NCBI GenBank assembly: GCA_963662545.2
Contig: CAXXLL010000003.1
Coordinates: 2,496,001-2,560,000, forward strand
DNA length: 64,000 nucleotides
Source of the DNA: Gammaproteobacteria bacterium
Lineage (GTDB): Bacteria; Pseudomonadota; Gammaproteobacteria; Ga0077536
Reading direction: 5' to 3'
Shown: positions 32,345-44,697 of the stretch, piece after piece
How positions within the stretch are numbered: the stretch's first letter is position 1
Layout: each line of letters begins with the position of its first letter
Position numbers and translations under genes: made by a program
The notes under the pieces: model-generated
Databases searched by the model: none
What the model saw: only the letters and a program-made list of their open reading frames with translations
What the model was told of the DNA's origin: nothing

Positions 32345-34858
32345 GTGGTGAGCAACGCCCCCAAGGACGTTTCTGCTCCGGTCGCAAGGGACACCGGTGC
32401 AACCGACGAAACCCGTAACGTCGGCAACGGTGAATTTCTGCTCGCGGTATTCGGTGCCGATCTGGCAGATGCCCGCCCGCTCGTGGTCAGCTTCGAGGGC
32501 GACCCCGGCAGCGGTCCGAAGAAGCGCTGGTGCGGCCTGCCGTGGCAGAGCGAATCAGGGATATTTCCGAGCTTGCCGTCTACCGCCAACAACTATTTCA
32601 GTCTCGCGACATTCAGGCCCGATGACACGGGGCGGTATCGGCGACGGAAGGCGCACTTTCATGCGCTCTACGCGGTCATGCTCGATGACGTAGGCACAAA
32701 AGTGGTGATGGAACGCCTGACGCTTGGACCATCCTGGTTGTTGGAGACCTCGCCGGATAACCATCAGGCGGGGTATCTCCTGAGCGAGCCGTTAAGCAAC
32801 GGAGCGGCGGCCGACCGGCTAATGAACGCAATCATTGACGCCGGATTATGTGACCCGGGTGCGAATGGTCCGCGCTCGCGATTGGCCCGGTTGCCGTGTG
32901 CGGTCAACGGGAAACATACGCCGCCGTTCGTGTGTCGGATGGTCAAGTGGGTACCGGCAGTGCGCTATTCAGTCGATGAACTGGTCGATGGCCTGCAGTT
33001 GGACATGACGCCGGCCGGGCGGCCGTGTAAGCGCTCGGCGGGAGAACGCCCCTCTGAGGGCGAGCCGGTCTGGATCCCGGGCTCTAAGGACAATGCCGTG
33101 CTGGTGGCGTTGCGCGGTTCCGGACTGTATAAGTCCCCGCTCGGTGACGGCAGGCACGACATTACGTGCCCCTGGGTACGAGAACATACGGGCGAAGTGG
33201 ACGGCGGCACCGCCTATTTCGAGCCCGATGACCATTGGCCGATAGGCGGTTTCAACTGCTTTCACGGTCACTGTGCCGACCGGCATATTCGCGACCTGTT
33301 GCGCTGCTTGGAAATCGAGGTCAACGCGGCGCGCATGCAGCCCACGATCCGGGTCATAGCAGGTGAAATGCCGCGCATCGTGGACGCGGCCGAGCGTGCG
33401 CTCGCACAATCGCGAAGACACTACCAACGCGGTGGCTTGATCGTGACCGTCATCACCGATCCGGACACCCAGGAGGCCCGTGTGCATGCGCTCAGTCAAC
33501 CGGCATTGGTGCACGCACTTGCCGGTGTGGCAACCTGGGAACGTTTTGACGGCCGATCCAAAGCCTGGACGTGCATCGATCCGCCCGCCCGCCATGCCAC
33601 GACGTTGTTTGAGTTACCCGACTACCCGCACCTGCCGGTTTTGAGCGGTTTAACACGCCAGCCCTGCATGCGCCCCAACGGCACCGTGATGAAGGCGGCC
33701 GGGTATGATGCTGCCACGCGACTATTCGGGGTATTCGACGCCCGGGAGTATGCGATTCCGGAGCATCCCACGCGCGCGCAGGCCAAAGCGGCACTTGCGT
33801 TGCTCGAGAGTTTGTTGACGGAATTCTGTTTTACCCGCCCCGCAGATCAGGCGGCTGCGCTGGCAGCACTCCTCACGGCGGCGGTACGTCCGAGCCTGGC
33901 CCACGCCCCGATGTTCCATGTGCGAGCGCCTGTGGCGAGCGCTGGTAAATCCTATTTGTGCGCCTTGATCACCGCCTTCGCCACCCCTCAACCGAGCACC
34001 CCGACGACCTTTCCGGGCGATGACGAGGAATGCGGGAAACTGCTCCTTGCAGAGCTGTTGGGTGCGAAGGCGGTGATCGATTTCGACAACCTCACGAGTG
34101 ATTTGATCGCGCACAGGAGTCTGTGTACGGCATTGACATCGGCGCACATGAGCGGGCGCATCCTGGGTCTTTCCAGGACCGCCACCGTCAGCACGCGCGC
34201 CTTGTTCTTGTCGAGCGGCACTAACGTGGGGCCGGTGAAGGATATGACGCGGCGCTGCATCACGGTCCATCTCGACCCCGGCTGCGAAGTACCGGCTGAC
34301 CGGTGTTTCGAGCGGCCCGAGTTGGTGTGTGAGGTGCTGCGTGAACGCGGCCGGTTCGTCTCGGCAGCGTTGACCCTCGTGAGGGCTTGGATCGAGGCCG
34401 GGAGGCCCATGTCTAACTGCCGGCCGCTGGTGGGTTACGAGGACTGGTCCGAGCTTTGCCGGCAGCCGTTGCTATGGCTTGGCTTACCCGATCCGACCGG
34501 ATCTGTGTTCGAGGCCATGGCCGATGATCCCGATCGTGACACCCTGGACCGGCTTCTCCAGGCCTGGGAGTCGGTGTTTGGCAACACACCTGCGATGGTG
34601 CGCGAAGCAGCGGAGCGCGGATCTGCATGCCAAAATGCGACTGCGGATCTGCACGAAGTGTTGCACGATATTGCGCGCGAACGCGGTGCCATTAATCGTC
34701 GCAAGTTGGGACAGTGGATCAAACGTCACGAAGGCCAAATCGTCGATGGCCGGCGGATCGTTCGCGATGGTGCCAATCGGTCGGCGCAAGCGTGGCGGGT
34801 GGAATCGGTTGCCAACCGGTCGAGCGGGAAATGCTTCAGCAACCACCGACAACGGTAA
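32345..34858 (+). CDS. RepB-primase-domain / Zn-finger / P-loop helicase replication protein
   Basis: VMLDDVG, ETSPDNHQAGY, RLARLP; CPW..H..C.HGHC; APVASAGKS, FDN. Confidence 0.8.
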   Translation: MVSNAPKDVSAPVARDTGATDETRNVGNGEFLLAVFGADLADARPLVVSFEGDPGSGPKKRWCGLPWQSESGIFPSLPSTANNYFSLATFRPDDTGRYRRRKAHFHALYAVMLDDVGTKVVMERLTLGPSWLLETSPDNHQAGYLLSEPLSNGAAADRLMNAIIDAGLCDPGANGPRSRLARLPCAVNGKHTPPFVCRMVKWVPAVRYSVDELVDGLQLDMTPAGRPCKRSAGERPSEGEPVWIPGSKDNAVLVALRGSGLYKSPLGDGRHDITCPWVREHTGEVDGGTAYFEPDDHWPIGGFNCFHGHCADRHIRDLLRCLEIEVNAARMQPTIRVIAGEMPRIVDAAERALAQSRRHYQRGGLIVTVITDPDTQEARVHALSQPALVHALAGVATWERFDGRSKAWTCIDPPARHATTLFELPDYPHLPVLSGLTRQPCMRPNGTVMKAAGYDAATRLFGVFDAREYAIPEHPTRAQAKAALALLESLLTEFCFTRPADQAAALAALLTAAVRPSLAHAPMFHVRAPVASAGKSYLCALITAFATPQPSTPTTFPGDDEECGKLLLAELLGAKAVIDFDNLTSDLIAHRSLCTALTSAHMSGRILGLSRTATVSTRALFLSSGTNVGPVKDMTRRCITVHLDPGCEVPADRCFERPELVCEVLRERGRFVSAALTLVRAWIEAGRPMSNCRPLVGYEDWSELCRQPLLWLGLPDPTGSVFEAMADDPDRDTLDRLLQAWESVFGNTPAMVREAAERGSACQNATADLHEVLHDIARERGAINRRKLGQWIKRHEGQIVDGRRIVRDGANRSAQAWRVESVANRSSGKCFSNHRQR

Positions 34859-36410
34859 CGCCTATACCCGCATGAGTCGCAGCGGCTGAGCTGTATGGCT
34901 GAACGAATCGATTACTGAGCGCCACCCGACGACCCCTGCCGCGCCAAGATCCACCGCAAACGACATATTTGCCAGTGGGTGCGCTTTGCCAACGCATGCG
35001 TTGTCATTTTCCTGCCAGTCGCTTTGTCAGCTATCGTGGGTTTGTTTCAGGGCTTCCCGCGCGAGGCGCCGACAGATTGACAAGTGGACCCCTACCGTTG
35101 TGCCTCTGTGCCGTTTTGAATCGGAACACCCCCCCATCGATGCAAAAATCAGGGTCCCATTAATGCGTACTCCATGGACTTCCGGGCGCCACATGGGCGG
35201 GCTCGTGTAACTATCCCCGGTTCGGGCACTCGATAGACGGTCCAGTCGAACATCAGCATATCTTCGTGCTTCTCGGCATCGGACACCTTGGGTGTGTTGA
35301 CGTCGTCGTCCAGGCTCACGCCATTGATGAAGTCCGAGCCTGCGCGGCACAGAAGCTACGTACCTGCCACAGGGAAGGACCCAACATGAGGCTGAAAGCG
35401 GTGTTCAATCAACCGGCGGCAATGAAGGTGGTGGTTTGGGTGTCACGAGGGCGCCTCGTAGCAGGTGCCGTCGGTTTCATCGGTTTTATCGGTTATGAAC
35501 GGGGCAGTCGCCGAAAGTGTCACGGCAAAAAAGCCATCAGTAACAGGCTTGCCGACCAGACCAACCAGCGGAAGGGCAAGCAGTTGAGCACAGCACCCGT
35601 GACCTCGACCCGGTGTCCATAAAACGGTTTTACCACTGGCTTGTCGGGCAACCTGAGTATCAGCGGTGATTGCAATGTGTAGATACTGACTCCTTCGATG
35701 GGTCGGAGCCGGATGTGCGCGTAGCGACGGCGAAGCGCAAGCAATTTGCCCGGCCTCGGACTGGGTGATGTACCACATCACCACAGACTCTGCGGATGGG
35801 GCTATCGAGCGCCGCGCTCGCGCTATAGCTTCGATGAGGCTGAAGCCTATTGATCTCACCTGTGGCGGTGCCAATCACGATAGGTGGGCGGCTAGGGCCC
35901 AGTACAGTTCTTGTTTGATGCCTGAGTTCAGGGAGTCAAACGACGCCCAGTCCATGTACGACCTCATCCGCACCGCGCTGGACAAGACCTGTTCCTTTTC
36001 ATCACGGAAATTTGAACACGAATGCGCGTTTGAGCACGCCTCTTGCACCCGCCTGCGGTAAAGCAACCTCACAGCGTAGCGCTGCCTGCGGGATCCGACG
36101 CACGCGCACCGCGACTTGATGGTGAAGGAAGCGTTGCGAACAGAGACACCAGGTGAATCTTAATTCCCAGGCCCGTCGGGATGCGCTTTCAAAGCCGGAC
36201 CGTCGCTGGCCGCTTCAAGGATGTTTGGTCGGCTGCAATGATTGGACATACTTATTGAGGCCTACGTGGCGGGGGTGTTGCCGTCACGCACGACCGTCAG
36301 GAAGCGGGCGGATAGGACCGCGGCAACGATCAAATCGGGGGCTAATCGGGGGACCAATAATTATTTAAATGAGTAAATGATCTATTAATCAATATGTTAA
36401 CTTTTAAGTT

Positions 36411-36501
36411 TGGCGGAGAGAGAGGGATTCGAACCCTCGATGGGCTTTTAACCCATACTCCCTTAGCAGGGGAGCGCCTTCAGCCACTCGGCCACCTCTC
36501 C
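36411..36501 (-). tRNA. tRNA-Ser(GCT)
   Basis: GGAGAGGTGGCCGAGTGGCTGAAGGCGCTCCCCTGCTAAGGGAG..GGTTCGAATCCCTCTCTCTCCGCCA; long variable arm; follows csrA. Confidence 0.97.
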
Positions 36502-36769
36502 ATTAGCAAAGTCTAGAATACCGGCGCAATAACAATCGGTAAAGATTTACCCTCCAAATATGCGTTGGGATAATCGGCGCCGCCAAAAAGGGATTACTCC
36601 ATACACCCATGTACTACACCCGCGCTAATGCGCGGACCCACCTTCGGCTGTTCAAACTCATTCGAGACGAATTTGTGATTAGCGATCGAAATATCGTTTG
36701 CTCGCCCCGACCCGAGCAGCGCGCTGACTCGGCGCGTCGTGCCGACGGCACTGACGCGCGTGTCGAGAC

Positions 36770-36964
36770 CTATTCAGCCTGGCTGGTAACGTCGCCGCTG
36801 TTTTCCTGTTGAATGCGTTGGTAGATTTCCTCGCGGTGTACCGCGATTTCCTTGGGTGCATCCACGCCGATACGGACCTGGTTACCCTTGATGCCGAGAA
36901 CAGTGACGTTGACGTCGTCGCCTATCATCAAGGATTCTCCAACTCGTCTGGTTAAAATCAGCAT
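36770..36964 (-). CDS. csrA: Carbon storage regulator
   Basis: [25 protein letters not shown]. Confidence 0.98.
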   Translation of the reverse strand: MLILTRRVGESLMIGDDVNVTVLGIKGNQVRIGVDAPKEIAVHREEIYQRIQQENSGDVTSQAE

Positions 36965-37121
36965 ACCACTCCTCCATAAAGCGCAATTGGCATGCGCAGC
37001 GCTCGCAAGCTTACAAAATATGCGGTCATCTGGCTGCCGGTATTAGCACTGTCTTTCCCTGATTGGTCCATTTTACGCCCAAAAAGAAATAAATCCTGGA
37101 CCAGCATCAACTAAGCGGTAA

Positions 37122-38363
37122 TCACCGCGGGTCCGGGTCGGGCTCGCTGTCCCCTTCGAGGCCGAATTCCGAATGCAGGGTGCGGACGCCGAGTTCCGAA
37201 TATTTCTCGTCGACTACGACCGAAATCTTGATCTCCGAGGTCGATATCATGCGAATGTTGATGCCTTCGTTGGCCAGCGCGATGAACATTCGGCTGGCGA
37301 TACCGGCATGCGAACGCATGCCGACGCCGACGATTGAAATCTTCACGATTTTGTTATCGCCTTCCACCCGGCCGGCACCTATGTCACCGGTGAGCCCTTC
37401 GAGGATCTCAAGTGTTCTGTCGTGATCGTCACGATGCACGGTAAAAGTGAAGTCCGTCGTCCCGTCAACGCCCGTATTCTGAACGATCATGTCCACTTCG
37501 ATATTTGCCGCCGCGATCGGCCCCAGAATGGTGCCGGCGATCCCGGGACGATCGGGGACGCCGACGACCGTTACCTTGGCTTCGTCACGGATGAGCGTTA
37601 CGCCGGAAATAAGGGCTTGCTCCATGATGTTATCCTCTGAGGTAATCAGGGTCCCCGGCCCATCTTCAAACGACGACAGGACCCGCAAATTGACGCGGAA
37701 CTTACTGGCGAATTCGACCGAGCGTATCTGTAGAACCTTGGCGCCGAGGCTTGCCATTTCCAACATCTCTTCGTAAGTCAGACTTTCAAGTCGTCGCGCC
37801 TCGGGAACAATCCGGGGATCGGTGGTATAGACGCCGTCAACGTCTGAGTAAATCTGGCACTCATCGGCATTGAGTGCAGCCGCCATGGCAACCGCAGTAA
37901 TATCCGAGCCGCCGCGACCGAGGGTCGTGATGTGGCCGCTTTCGTCGACGCCCTGAAACCCGGCGATCACGACAACACGTCCAGCGTCGAGTTCTTCGCG
38001 CACCCGTAATTTATCGATGTCCAGAATACGTGCTTTGTTGTATGCGCTATCGGTCAGAATACGAACCTGGCCACCAGTGTAAGACACGGCATCAACGCCA
38101 CGGCTTGCGAGCGCCATGCTGAGCAGCGCTACGGAAACTTGCTCACCGGTGGAGAGAAGGACGTCTAGTTCACGTCCCCGGGGCTGCTCACAAATGCTGC
38201 GCGCCAGTTCGAGCAAGCGATCGGTTTCACCGGCCATCGCCGACAGAACGACGACGATGGCATAGCCTTCACCGTGTGCGCGGGCAACTTTATCCGCGAC
38301 CGCAGCGATCCGGTCGACGTCCGCCACGGACGTCCCGCCAAATTTTTGAATGATCGTACTCAT
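37122..38363 (-). CDS. lysC: Aspartate kinase
   Basis: QKFGGTSV, TLGRGGSD, ACT domains, ISTSEIKIS. Confidence 0.97.
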   Translation of the reverse strand: MSTIIQKFGGTSVADVDRIAAVADKVARAHGEGYAIVVVLSAMAGETDRLLELARSICEQPRGRELDVLLSTGEQVSVALLSMALASRGVDAVSYTGGQVRILTDSAYNKARILDIDKLRVREELDAGRVVVIAGFQGVDESGHITTLGRGGSDITAVAMAAALNADECQIYSDVDGVYTTDPRIVPEARRLESLTYEEMLEMASLGAKVLQIRSVEFASKFRVNLRVLSSFEDGPGTLITSEDNIMEQALISGVTLIRDEAKVTVVGVPDRPGIAGTILGPIAAANIEVDMIVQNTGVDGTTDFTFTVHRDDHDRTLEILEGLTGDIGAGRVEGDNKIVKISIVGVGMRSHAGIASRMFIALANEGINIRMISTSEIKISVVVDEKYSELGVRTLHSEFGLEGDSEPDPDPR

Positions 38364-38415
38364 GGTGCCTTTCTACGCAGCACGGTCGCGCTACTGCGAC
38401 CGGAGGAGCCGGATT

Positions 38416-41034
38416 TCAGCCGACGTGCTCGGCGACCCAGCCGCCGACCGATTCGATGGCGTCGTCGAGCTTACTCGCATCTGGCCCGCCAGCCTGCGCC
38501 ATGTCGGGGCGGCCGCCGCCCTTGCCGCCGACCTGCTGCGCGACGAAGTTAATGAGTTCGCCCGCATGGACAGTGTCCGAAAAATTTTTCGTGACACCTG
38601 CGACGAGGCGCACTTTACCATTCTCTACGGCACCCAGGACAACGACCGCACGATCAAAACGGTCTTTGAGGCGATCACAGGCGGCACGTAAAGTATCCAT
38701 ATCCGCGCCGTCTATGACCTCGGCGACCACCATGGCGCCGCCGATTTCACGCGCTCGATCCGCGATGTCGCGCCCCGATTGCCCCGCCAGCTTGCCCTTG
38801 AGATCCTGAACTTCCTTTTCGAGAGCGCGTGAGCGGTCGATGAGTTGGGCGATTTTATGTTCGACGTCGTCAGATCCGCTGCGCACCACAACGGCGATAC
38901 GCTCGAGCTTGGATTCGTTATCGATCATGGTATTTACCGCTGCCATACCCGTAATGGCTTCGATGCGACGAATACCGGAGGCGACCCCTGTTTCCATGAT
39001 GATCTTAAACGCGCCTATATCACCCGTACGCGCGACGTGCGTACCGCCACACAATTCGATTGAAAAATCACCAATCTTCAGAACGCGAACATCATCGCCG
39101 TATTTTTCGCCGAACAGCGCCATGGCACCGCTGTCCAGTGCCTCTCGGTACGGCATGATCTGCGCTTTTACTTCAATATTGTTCCTGATCTCATCGTTTA
39201 CGAGCCGCTCGATATCACCCAGCTCATCGCTACTCACCGGTTTCGGGTGTGAAAAATCGAACCGTGTCCGATCAGCATCTACGAGTGAGCCCTTTTGCTC
39301 CACGTGCTCGCCCAAAATCAATCTCAATGCGGCGTGCATGAGATGGGTCGCCGAATGATTGAGGCGGGTGGCCTGGCGTCGGGGATCTTCAACCTCCGCA
39401 GTGACCGTATCACCCATATTGAGGCGTCCCCGTTTCAACTGCCCGACATGCAGAAAGAGCCCGCCCTGCGTGCGCGTATCAGCTACCTCGAATACCGCTC
39501 CCCCAGTCAATAACCGTCCACGATCGCCGACCTGCCCTCCTGATTCCGCGTAGAACGGGGTGCGATCGAGCACGACGATACCGGCACTACCCGTTTCCAG
39601 AGTGTCAACTTCGCCGCCTTCGACGAAAAGACCGATAAGCTTGCCCTCGTCGCGTGTGGCTTCATAACCTGTGAAGGCTTGTTCGTTGCCGAAGCGCGCG
39701 AGGGCTTTCGCGCTGACGGCCGACGAGATGTCGACGCCGGTAAACCGACTCGCCGCACGGGCGCGTTCGCGCTGCCTTTCCATCGCCGCATCGAACCCCG
39801 CCCGATCGATGTCCAGTTTGCGTTCGCGAGCAATGTCTGCGGTCAGATCGACGGGAAATCCGTAGGTGTCGTAGAGCTGGAATACTACATCGCCCGGGAT
39901 CGTCGCTCCATTCATGGCCGCGATTGCCGAATCGAGGATGCGCATTCCCTGATCCAGGGTTTCAGCAAAGCGTTCTTCCTCCTGTTTCAATGTCTGCGCG
40001 ATGTTTTCCTGCTTTTCACCGAGCATCGGATAGGCGTCCCCCATCTCGATAGCAAGCGTTTTGACCAGACGATGAAAGAAGGGCTCGTGGATTCCCAGCT
40101 TGTGCCCGTGGCGTAACGCGCGGCGGGCTATTCGGCGAAGAACGTATCCCCGGCCCTCATTCGACGGGATGACGCCGTCGAGAACCAGAAAAGCGCAAGC
40201 CCGAATATGGTCTGCGATGACCCTGAGTGATCCTTCTTCGACAACTTCCTGCGGCGCTTCGTCGCGGACTGCTTGAATCAGGTTTTTGAACAGGTCAATC
40301 TGGTAGTTATCATGCACGCCTTGAAGTACGGCGGCGAGCCGTTCCAGTCCCATTCCCGTGTCGACAGACGGCTGAGCAATCGATTCGAGTTCGCCACCCG
40401 GGCGTCGTTCATACTGCATGAACACGAGATTCCAGATCTCGACATACCGGTCTGCATCTGCGTCCGCGCTCCCCGGCGGCCCGCCCGTAATTTCCGGACC
40501 GTGATCGTAGAAGATCTCCGAACAAGGTCCGCAAGGTCCGGTGTCGCCCATTGTCCAGAAATTGTCCTTTTCACCGCAGCGCGAGAAACGGCCCGGATCG
40601 ACCCCGATTTCGTCGAGCCAGATCGAGGCTGCCTCGTCGTCGTCATCGAATACCGTGACCCAGAGCCGCTCCGGGGGTAACTTGAAACGCTCGGTCAACA
40701 ACTCCCAGGCAAACTGGATCGCTTCGCGCTTGAAATACTCGCCGAAGCTGAAATTACCCAGCATCTCGAAAAATGTATGGTGCCGCGCCGTGTATCCGAC
40801 GTTATCGAGATCGTTGTGCTTGCCGCCGGCACGCACACAGCGTTGACTGGTCGTCGCGCGACGGTAGCTCCTCTCCTCGAGCCCGAGGAAGACGTCTTTG
40901 AATTGCACCATGCCCGCGTTAGTGAAGAGCAGCGACGGGTCGTTTGCGGGCACCAAGGAACTGCCGTCGACGACAGCGTGTCCTTTCTCTTCGAAGTATT
41001 TAAGGAACTCGCTTCGAATGTCAGAAGTCTTCAT
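38416..41034 (-). CDS. alaS: Alanine--tRNA ligase
   Basis: [46 protein letters not shown]. Confidence 0.98.
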   Translation of the reverse strand: MKTSDIRSEFLKYFEEKGHAVVDGSSLVPANDPSLLFTNAGMVQFKDVFLGLEERSYRRATTSQRCVRAGGKHNDLDNVGYTARHHTFFEMLGNFSFGEYFKREAIQFAWELLTERFKLPPERLWVTVFDDDDEAASIWLDEIGVDPGRFSRCGEKDNFWTMGDTGPCGPCSEIFYDHGPEITGGPPGSADADADRYVEIWNLVFMQYERRPGGELESIAQPSVDTGMGLERLAAVLQGVHDNYQIDLFKNLIQAVRDEAPQEVVEEGSLRVIADHIRACAFLVLDGVIPSNEGRGYVLRRIARRALRHGHKLGIHEPFFHRLVKTLAIEMGDAYPMLGEKQENIAQTLKQEEERFAETLDQGMRILDSAIAAMNGATIPGDVVFQLYDTYGFPVDLTADIARERKLDIDRAGFDAAMERQRERARAASRFTGVDISSAVSAKALARFGNEQAFTGYEATRDEGKLIGLFVEGGEVDTLETGSAGIVVLDRTPFYAESGGQVGDRGRLLTGGAVFEVADTRTQGGLFLHVGQLKRGRLNMGDTVTAEVEDPRRQATRLNHSATHLMHAALRLILGEHVEQKGSLVDADRTRFDFSHPKPVSSDELGDIERLVNDEIRNNIEVKAQIMPYREALDSGAMALFGEKYGDDVRVLKIGDFSIELCGGTHVARTGDIGAFKIIMETGVASGIRRIEAITGMAAVNTMIDNESKLERIAVVVRSGSDDVEHKIAQLIDRSRALEKEVQDLKGKLAGQSGRDIADRAREIGGAMVVAEVIDGADMDTLRAACDRLKDRFDRAVVVLGAVENGKVRLVAGVTKNFSDTVHAGELINFVAQQVGGKGGGRPDMAQAGGPDASKLDDAIESVGGWVAEHVG

Positions 41035-41485
41035 CGTCTACGGACTCGTCCAATGCATATCTAATGTGTTCGTGATGGAAACCCCGATACTCCATGAAGC
41101 GTGCCTGCCGCACCCGCTCGTCGAAAGAGCGCGGCCTGGTCTTGAACTTCTTAGATCGCACTTCGCATGCGAGCTTCGGCCACTCGTATTCATCCGATTC
41201 GATCTGATCGGCGATCAAGGCGACGCTCACTCCCCGTTCGCGGAGTTCGTTCGCGATGCGTTTAGGGCCAAATCCGCGGTTTGCCCGATAGCGAGCGTAT
41301 GCCTCGGTAAAACGGCGATCGCTCAGTACCTCTTCCGCCTCGAGCTCGTCGAGCACGGACTCAATAATCGATTCGTCGAGTCCCTTCCGAACGAGCTTTC
41401 TTCGCAGCTCGAGGCGGCTGTGCTCGCGGCGAGCGAGTGCAGCAATAGCTAATTCGCGAGCCGCAGGCTTGTGTCCGTTTCTCAG
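41021..41485 (-). CDS. recX: Regulatory protein RecX
   Basis: LARREHS..EL..KL, GPKRI..ELR.RG, RF..YRGF; frame open back to the recA stop, start codon uncertain. Confidence 0.9.
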   Translation of the reverse strand: MRNGHKPAARELAIAALARREHSRLELRRKLVRKGLDESIIESVLDELEAEEVLSDRRFTEAYARYRANRGFGPKRIANELRERGVSVALIADQIESDEYEWPKLACEVRSKKFKTRPRSFDERVRQARFMEYRGFHHEHIRYALDESVDDEDF

Positions 41486-42528
41486 GCTTCGGCCTCCATG
41501 GAAGCTTCGTTGGAATCGGCGGTTTCGGCCACCTTCTCCTTCGGAATCGTTACAGAACGAATCTCGCTTTCGAGTTGCTGAGCAATATCGGTGTTCTCTT
41601 TGAGGAACTGGCGTACGTTGTCCTTGCCCTGGCCGAGCCGATCGCCTTTGTAGCTGTACCAGGCTCCGGTTTTCTCCATAAAATTGTGCTCGACGCCGAG
41701 CTCGATGAGTTCGCTTTCGAGAGACACGCCTTCGTTGTAAAGGATATCGAAATGCGCCTGCTTGAACGGGGGCGCGACCTTGTTTTTTACCACTTTGACA
41801 CGCGTCTCATTGCCGATCACTTCATCGCCTCGCTTGATCGATCCAATGCGCCGGATATCGAGGCGCAGCGACGCATAGAATTTCAATGCATTGCCGCCGG
41901 TCGTCGTCTCCGGATTTCCGAACATGACACCGATCTTGATGCGGATCTGGTTGATGAAGATAACCAGCGTATTTGAACGTTTGATATTCGCCGTCAACTT
42001 CCTCAATGCCTGGGACATGAGCCTGGCTTGCAGGCCAACATGGTGGTCACCCATTTCGCCTTCGATTTCGGCTTTCGGCGTAAGCGCAGCGACGGAATCG
42101 ATGACGATCACGTCGATCGCGCCAGACCTGACCAACATGTCGGTAATCTCGAGCGCCTGCTCGCCGGTGTCAGGTTGCGAGACCAGCAAATCATCGATAT
42201 CGACACCGAGGCGGTCAGCGTATTGGGGGTCGAGCGCGTGTTCAGCGTCGACGAAAGCTGCAGTACCGCCTAGCTTCTGCGCTTCGGCGACCACGTGTAG
42301 TGCAAGCGTTGTTTTACCGGACGATTCAGGACCGTAGATCTCCACGACCCGGCCGCGCGGCATACCGCCGACACCGACTGCGATATCGAGGGTCAAAGAC
42401 CCGGTCGAAATGACTTCGATGTTCGGCACCGCGCCTGCATCACCCAGGCGCATGATTGATCCGGTACCAAACTGCTTTTCGATTTGGGACAGCGCCGCTC
42501 CTAGCGCTTTTTGTTTGTTTTCGTCCAT
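41482..42528 (-). CDS. recA: Recombinase A
   Basis: [33 protein letters not shown]. Confidence 0.99.
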   Translation of the reverse strand: MDENKQKALGAALSQIEKQFGTGSIMRLGDAGAVPNIEVISTGSLTLDIAVGVGGMPRGRVVEIYGPESSGKTTLALHVVAEAQKLGGTAAFVDAEHALDPQYADRLGVDIDDLLVSQPDTGEQALEITDMLVRSGAIDVIVIDSVAALTPKAEIEGEMGDHHVGLQARLMSQALRKLTANIKRSNTLVIFINQIRIKIGVMFGNPETTTGGNALKFYASLRLDIRRIGSIKRGDEVIGNETRVKVVKNKVAPPFKQAHFDILYNEGVSLESELIELGVEHNFMEKTGAWYSYKGDRLGQGKDNVRQFLKENTDIAQQLESEIRSVTIPKEKVAETADSNEASMEAEA

Positions 42529-42839
42529 TACTTTTGTCCTCTTGATGGGTGGTCCTTATATTGATCCAGCGTTCACTGCCGCACTCGAAACGGTCCACGT
42601 GATGCCGGCCCTGTGTGCGACGAGCGCATTCACAAAGCGGGCACCTTCGGTGCACCCCATCGGTGTGCTCCGCATGACGGCCCGGGAATTCGGGCTTGGC
42701 GCCAATACCAGCGGCGATGGAAATCGGTACGGGGCAGCTCGACTCCGGTCCCGGAATTATTGCACAGTTACCAGGCCCTTTTAATCGGTCCGGCCAGCTC
42801 GGAAATGGCACCAGGATTTGGTCTAGTGACATCTCCCGG

Positions 42840-43355
42840 CTAGGCGCCAAGCGGCCACCGATTCAACACCTCGTAACGGGCGCCAATCGGCTCGGTGTGC
42901 GAGGCCACCAGCACGAAATCTCCCACCCGCCAGCGAACGTCGATACTGCCGGAAACCCGCGGCGCCCGCCGGACCTTGCGTGCCACGGTGACGTGCGGCC
43001 GGTAGGAGCGCTCGTCGGTCGGCAATCCAATCGAACGCAAAAACCCCGCCAGTTCTGCGGCGAGATCGGTCAATTCCTGTGAAGCAACGAGGGGCGCAAG
43101 CCATGCGACCCGCGCACCCCGCCACCAACCTGTATCGGCGATTTCGAGGTCGAACGGCATCACGGTCGACACCCCCCGGCGCATACACAGATTATCCTTG
43201 ACCGCTTCGTCTATTTCACCGAGAAAATGCAGCGTCAAATGGAAATTTTCGGGCCTTACCGCACGTCCATCCCGTATATCCAGGCACGAGGCGGCCGCGG
43301 CGAGCGCCGCACGCGTTTCGTCGTCCGGCCACAAAGCATAGAACAGGCGCGACAT
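42840..43355 (-). CDS. thpR: RNA 2',3'-cyclic phosphodiesterase
   Basis: RLFYALWP, HLTL and HVTV 2H motifs. Confidence 0.92.
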   Translation of the reverse strand: MSRLFYALWPDDETRAALAAAASCLDIRDGRAVRPENFHLTLHFLGEIDEAVKDNLCMRRGVSTVMPFDLEIADTGWWRGARVAWLAPLVASQELTDLAAELAGFLRSIGLPTDERSYRPHVTVARKVRRAPRVSGSIDVRWRVGDFVLVASHTEPIGARYEVLNRWPLGA

Positions 43356-43358
43356 ACC

Positions 43359-43549
43359 AGAACCTATCTCAAAATTATCCGCATGTGCATGGTGCCCTGA
43401 AAGGGCTATGGCGAGGCCGAGTCCGCAGGGCTGAGTTCATCACTATTCAAGCGCTGCAACGAAGCAAGCGCGCGCTTATACGCAATCCGTGGCCTAAGGC
43501 CATTTTCTCGCATTTCGGTGCACATGCGGATAATTTTGAGACAGGTTCT
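43359..43549. mobile_element. MITE-like element with ~30-bp terminal IRs
   Basis: AGAACCTATCTCAAAATTATCCGCATGTGCA ... TGCACATGCGGATAATTTTGAGACAGGTTCT. Confidence 0.75.
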
Positions 43550-44051
43550 AGCGTGCCGTAAGGTCTATTAGCCTCGAAAGTGCCAGCGCGACGGTTTTTG
43601 CGCGCACGCCCTTGCGATCGCCGTCAAACTGGTGACGCTCCGTCAGGGTTTTCATCGTGACTCCGGCAAAACCGAACCAGACGGTGCCGACGGGCTTTTC
43701 CGCCGAACCTCCTGCGGGCCCGGCGATGCCGGTGACCGACACCGCGATATCGGCACCGGCCAGACGAAGCGCCGCGTCCGCCAACGCTGCGGCCGTTTCA
43801 CTACTGACCGCACCGCAGCGTTCCAGCGTCATGGGATCGACATCGAGAAGCGTGGATTTCGCCGTGTTGGAATACGTTACCCATCCGGATTCGAACCAAT
43901 CGGAGCTGCCGGCAATCGCGGTCAAGCATTGTGCAATCCAGCCGCCGGTACACGATTCGGCCGCCGTCACCCGCCAGCCACGTTCCATCAACAGCTGACC
44001 CAGTTCCTGCGCGAGATCTTCCAGTTCGTCCTGCGACGGACGATCGCTCAT
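43548..44051 (-). CDS. pncC: CinA C-terminal / NMN amidohydrolase
   Basis: AESCTGG, GSS.WF, TYSN.AK, SVTGIAGP.GG..KPVGTV. Confidence 0.92.
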   Translation of the reverse strand: MSDRPSQDELEDLAQELGQLLMERGWRVTAAESCTGGWIAQCLTAIAGSSDWFESGWVTYSNTAKSTLLDVDPMTLERCGAVSSETAAALADAALRLAGADIAVSVTGIAGPAGGSAEKPVGTVWFGFAGVTMKTLTERHQFDGDRKGVRAKTVALALSRLIDLTAR

Positions 44052-44539
44052 GTTGACGCCGACGTAGCGCGTCTGGCCTCAAAAAAACCCTTCAACAATC
44101 GCGCGCAGGCATCCGCTTCGACCCCGAATTGCACTATGGCGCGATGATTCAATGCCGGGTTGTCAAGAACGTTGAGCACGCTGCCGCCGGCGCCCCACCG
44201 GTGATCGCGCGCGCCGATCACCACGCGCCCTATGCGTGCCTGTACGATGGCACCGGCACACATCGCACAGGGTTCAAGCGTGGCGTATAAGCAGGTGTCG
44301 AGCATACGGTAATTTCCGAGCTGCGAGCCCGCATGGCGGATCGCAACGATCTCGGCATGCGCTGTCGGATCATTACCGCTGATGCAGGTATTGAACCCCT
44401 CGCCGATAACGTCCTCGCCGAGAATAATGACCGCCCCCACCGGAACCTCCCCCGCCGCCTGCGCCCGTTCGGCAAGGGTCAGTGCATACCGCATCCATTG
44501 GTGATCGGCGTCGTTTTGTGAGTTGCTGGAGATACTCAT
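44048..44539 (-). CDS. tadA: tRNA adenosine(34) deaminase
   Basis: EVPVGA, AHAE, TLEPCAMCAGA. Confidence 0.96.
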   Translation of the reverse strand: MSISSNSQNDADHQWMRYALTLAERAQAAGEVPVGAVIILGEDVIGEGFNTCISGNDPTAHAEIVAIRHAGSQLGNYRMLDTCLYATLEPCAMCAGAIVQARIGRVVIGARDHRWGAGGSVLNVLDNPALNHRAIVQFGVEADACARLLKGFFEARRATSAST

Positions 44540-44554
44540 CTATTCCCATTCAAT
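44540..44554 (-). other. Probable att site: duplicated guaA 3' end (IEWE*)
   Basis: Minus strand ATTGAATGGGAATAG directly upstream of tadA ATG, next to integrase. Confidence 0.7.
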
Positions 44555-44697
44555 AACATTCAATTGATATTTCCGCATAAATTCAGTCAGTTGCAATTTG
44601 TTTGTACCCATTTTGCAATTACTATGGCTCCATTCGACACGAAACTCACCGATTTTCAAACACTTAGACTGTATCGACAACAAGGTTTGCACCACGA

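Noticed and set aside
42530-42835. LexA box or ncRNA upstream of recA
   Set aside because: No clear CTGT-N8-ACAG and no recognisable RNA family by eye.
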